DNA of 24,945 nucleotides from a virus (taxonomy: Duplodnaviria > Caudoviricetes), in IMG/VR virus record IMGVR_UViG_3300036798_000101, positions 1 through 24,945 of that record. One strand, written 5' to 3'. Every line of letters begins with the position of its first letter. Positions within the stretch are counted from its first letter, which is position 1. Under the pieces are notes generated by a model. It worked only from the letters and a program-made list of their open reading frames with translations, was not told the origin of the DNA and ran no database searches. The position numbers and the translations under genes are program-made. Shown piece by piece: positions 23,482 through 24,945 of the stretch.

Positions 23482-24348
23482 TTAGACATGTCCAGGGACA
23501 CAGTGAGGCGAAAACCAGCAGCGTTCGCGTTCGGCGTTGTCGCCCTCAAGCGAATACCCGCGCGCCGCTTTCCAGATCGCGCACGTCCAGGAATCCGGCA
23601 TCTGATGCTCACCCTGGCGCCCGCAGAGCGCGATGCGGAAGCGCGGATCGTCGCCGTTGTGAATGGCCCACTCGCGAACCTCATGCGCGAGAAACATCGA
23701 ATCGTGGCTGTAGACCATATAGCGGTCAGTCGCGTAGGGCGGATCGAGAAAGACGGCGGTAACGCCCTCGCGCGTCGTCGGCGACGGCTTGAGGACACGC
23801 GCCCAGTCCCCGCAGCAGACGCGCACCTCGCGCAGACGCGCGGCGAGCGCCTCGAAGTAGCGGAAAACGTCCGCGCGTTCGCCGGCCACCTCGAGCTGGC
23901 GGTTCAGGCCGCGCGGCGCGCGGTAGCCGCCCGCCCGCCCCTTCCATTCCGGGTGCTCGCACCAGCCGCCGCCGATCCACTGCGCGATGCCCCAGACCCA
24001 CCAGCCCGCGATCTTCGCATCGAAGTACTCCGGATCGAGCATCATGCGGTCGCGAAACGCATACTGTCCGCAGAGCCACGCATGACGGGCGTGAAGGTCG
24101 GTTTCGTTTACCGGCTGGTCGGCGTGGTAAGCCACCAGATCCGGCGCCCCCGCGATCGCCCGCCAGAAGTTACTCAGATAGGCATCGCGGTCATTCACAA
24201 CTTCGATGCCTTGGGGATCGGGGCGTGCGAGCAGCACGGCGAGCGAGCCCGCGAACGGTTCGACGTAATGCGCGACGTCGCCGAACCGCGGCCAGACGAG
24301 CGGCGCAACACGCGACTTACCTCCGAACCAGACGAACGGCGCCCTCAG
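23482..24348 (-). CDS. DNA adenine methyltransferase (Dam/D12-like, alpha class)
   Basis: APFVWFGGKS, YVEPFAGS, EVVND and VFLDPPY. Start uncertain (CTG 24348 versus ATG 24435). Confidence 0.9.
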   Translation of the reverse strand: MRAPFVWFGGKSRVAPLVWPRFGDVAHYVEPFAGSLAVLLARPDPQGIEVVNDRDAYLSNFWRAIAGAPDLVAYHADQPVNETDLHARHAWLCGQYAFRDRMMLDPEYFDAKIAGWWVWGIAQWIGGGWCEHPEWKGRAGGYRAPRGLNRQLEVAGERADVFRYFEALAARLREVRVCCGDWARVLKPSPTTREGVTAVFLDPPYATDRYMVYSHDSMFLAHEVREWAIHNGDDPRFRIALCGRQGEHQMPDSWTCAIWKAARGYSLEGDNAERERCWFSPHCVPGHV

Positions 24349-24737
24349 AGCTGATCCTGGAACAGGGATGCAGTCGGGCGTGACGCGCCCGAGGTCTTTG
24401 GCCGCCGGATCAGCCACAGCGGGGTAACAGCGCATTCGACCTCACGCCAGAGCCAGCCCTGGCCGTAACGCGCCGCGCGACGGCGACGCATGACGGCGAG
24501 CCGGAAGCGCGCATCGTGGCGGTTGTGGCAGGCCATGCACATCAGCCGGACTTCGGAGCTGCGCGGGTCGTGGGTGACGTGCGCGAGGCTCAGATACTTC
24601 GGAGGCTTCCGGCCGCATACGGTACATGTGTAACCATGCGCGCGGATCAGCGCGGCGCGATACGTGCGCCACGACTGACCGTAAAATTTACGGTACTCGT
24701 CTCGTATGGGCAGGGCGATTCCGAGGATATCGCGCAA
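24345..24737 (-). CDS. HNH-like Zn-binding endonuclease-family protein
   Basis: PIRDEYRKFYGQSW...CTVCG...LSLAHVTHDP...LMCMACHNRHD. Confidence 0.75.
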   Translation of the reverse strand: MRDILGIALPIRDEYRKFYGQSWRTYRAALIRAHGYTCTVCGRKPPKYLSLAHVTHDPRSSEVRLMCMACHNRHDARFRLAVMRRRRAARYGQGWLWREVECAVTPLWLIRRPKTSGASRPTASLFQDQL

Positions 24738-24756
24738 TGCGCCCGGAGTCGATCGC

Positions 24757-24945
24757 TTACCCCGCCGGCGTCCGCGCCAGCTCGTAACGGCGGGCCCAGG
24801 CGACGAGCGCCGCGGCCGTCCACTCCGACGGCGGCAGGAGACTCAGCCCCGAAGGCGTCCCGTCGAGCCTCACGAGCGAATGATCGAATACCCACATGCG
24901 AAGCTCCCCGGGCTCGAGCCCGATGGCTTCGGCGGTACAGGCGAG
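24757..24945 (-). CDS. 3' end of hypothetical protein (truncated by window)
   Basis: Open frame LACTAEAIGLEPGELRMWVFDHSLVRLDG...WARRYELARTPAG* from the window edge. Confidence 0.55.
   Translation of the reverse strand, partial: LACTAEAIGLEPGELRMWVFDHSLVRLDGTPSGLSLLPPSEWTAAALVAWARRYELARTPAG

Noticed and set aside
12241-24440. Additional GTCGAAT copies at 12241-47, 15310-16 and 24434-40
   Set aside because: They lie inside coding regions (V-E codons) with no start codon at the 8-9 nt spacing. They may be chance, so they were not counted as support.
1-24945. tRNA, rRNA, integrase/att sites, introns/inteins, stop-codon recoding
   Set aside because: None recognised. Core genes are uninterrupted and end at TAA, TAG or TGA with tight packing under the standard code.

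Overview
This window is part of a GC-rich tailed-phage (or prophage) genome, almost entirely encoded on the minus strand, with podovirus-like virion genes and no tape measure, integrase or recognisable endolysin. Reading right to left: a partial ORF, an HNH-like gene, a Dam-like methyltransferase, an HTH protein, a putative terminase small subunit, a FliA/WhiG(sigma28)-like sigma factor, the terminase large subunit, small Zn-finger and other ORFs, a second methyltransferase, a two-gene plus-strand cassette, the portal, a block of about 10 small accessory genes, scaffold, capsid-associated proteins, major capsid, three adaptor-like proteins, a 1098-aa nozzle-like tail protein, a fibre-like protein, and a collagen/poly-GGX fibre running off the left edge. 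Two signals stand out. (1) A motif GTCGAAT (once a perfect sigma28 -10, GCCGATAA) recurs at a near-fixed 8-9 nt before start codons that lack a Shine-Dalgarno. This suggests a leaderless-promoter regulon read by the phage's own sigma factor. (2) Three small genes resembling immune-signal sponge folds (Acb2/Tad1 hairpin, minimal Tad1-like, Sequestin-like) cluster with unknown small ORFs between portal and scaffold. All family assignments come from motif recognition by eye; no searches were run.
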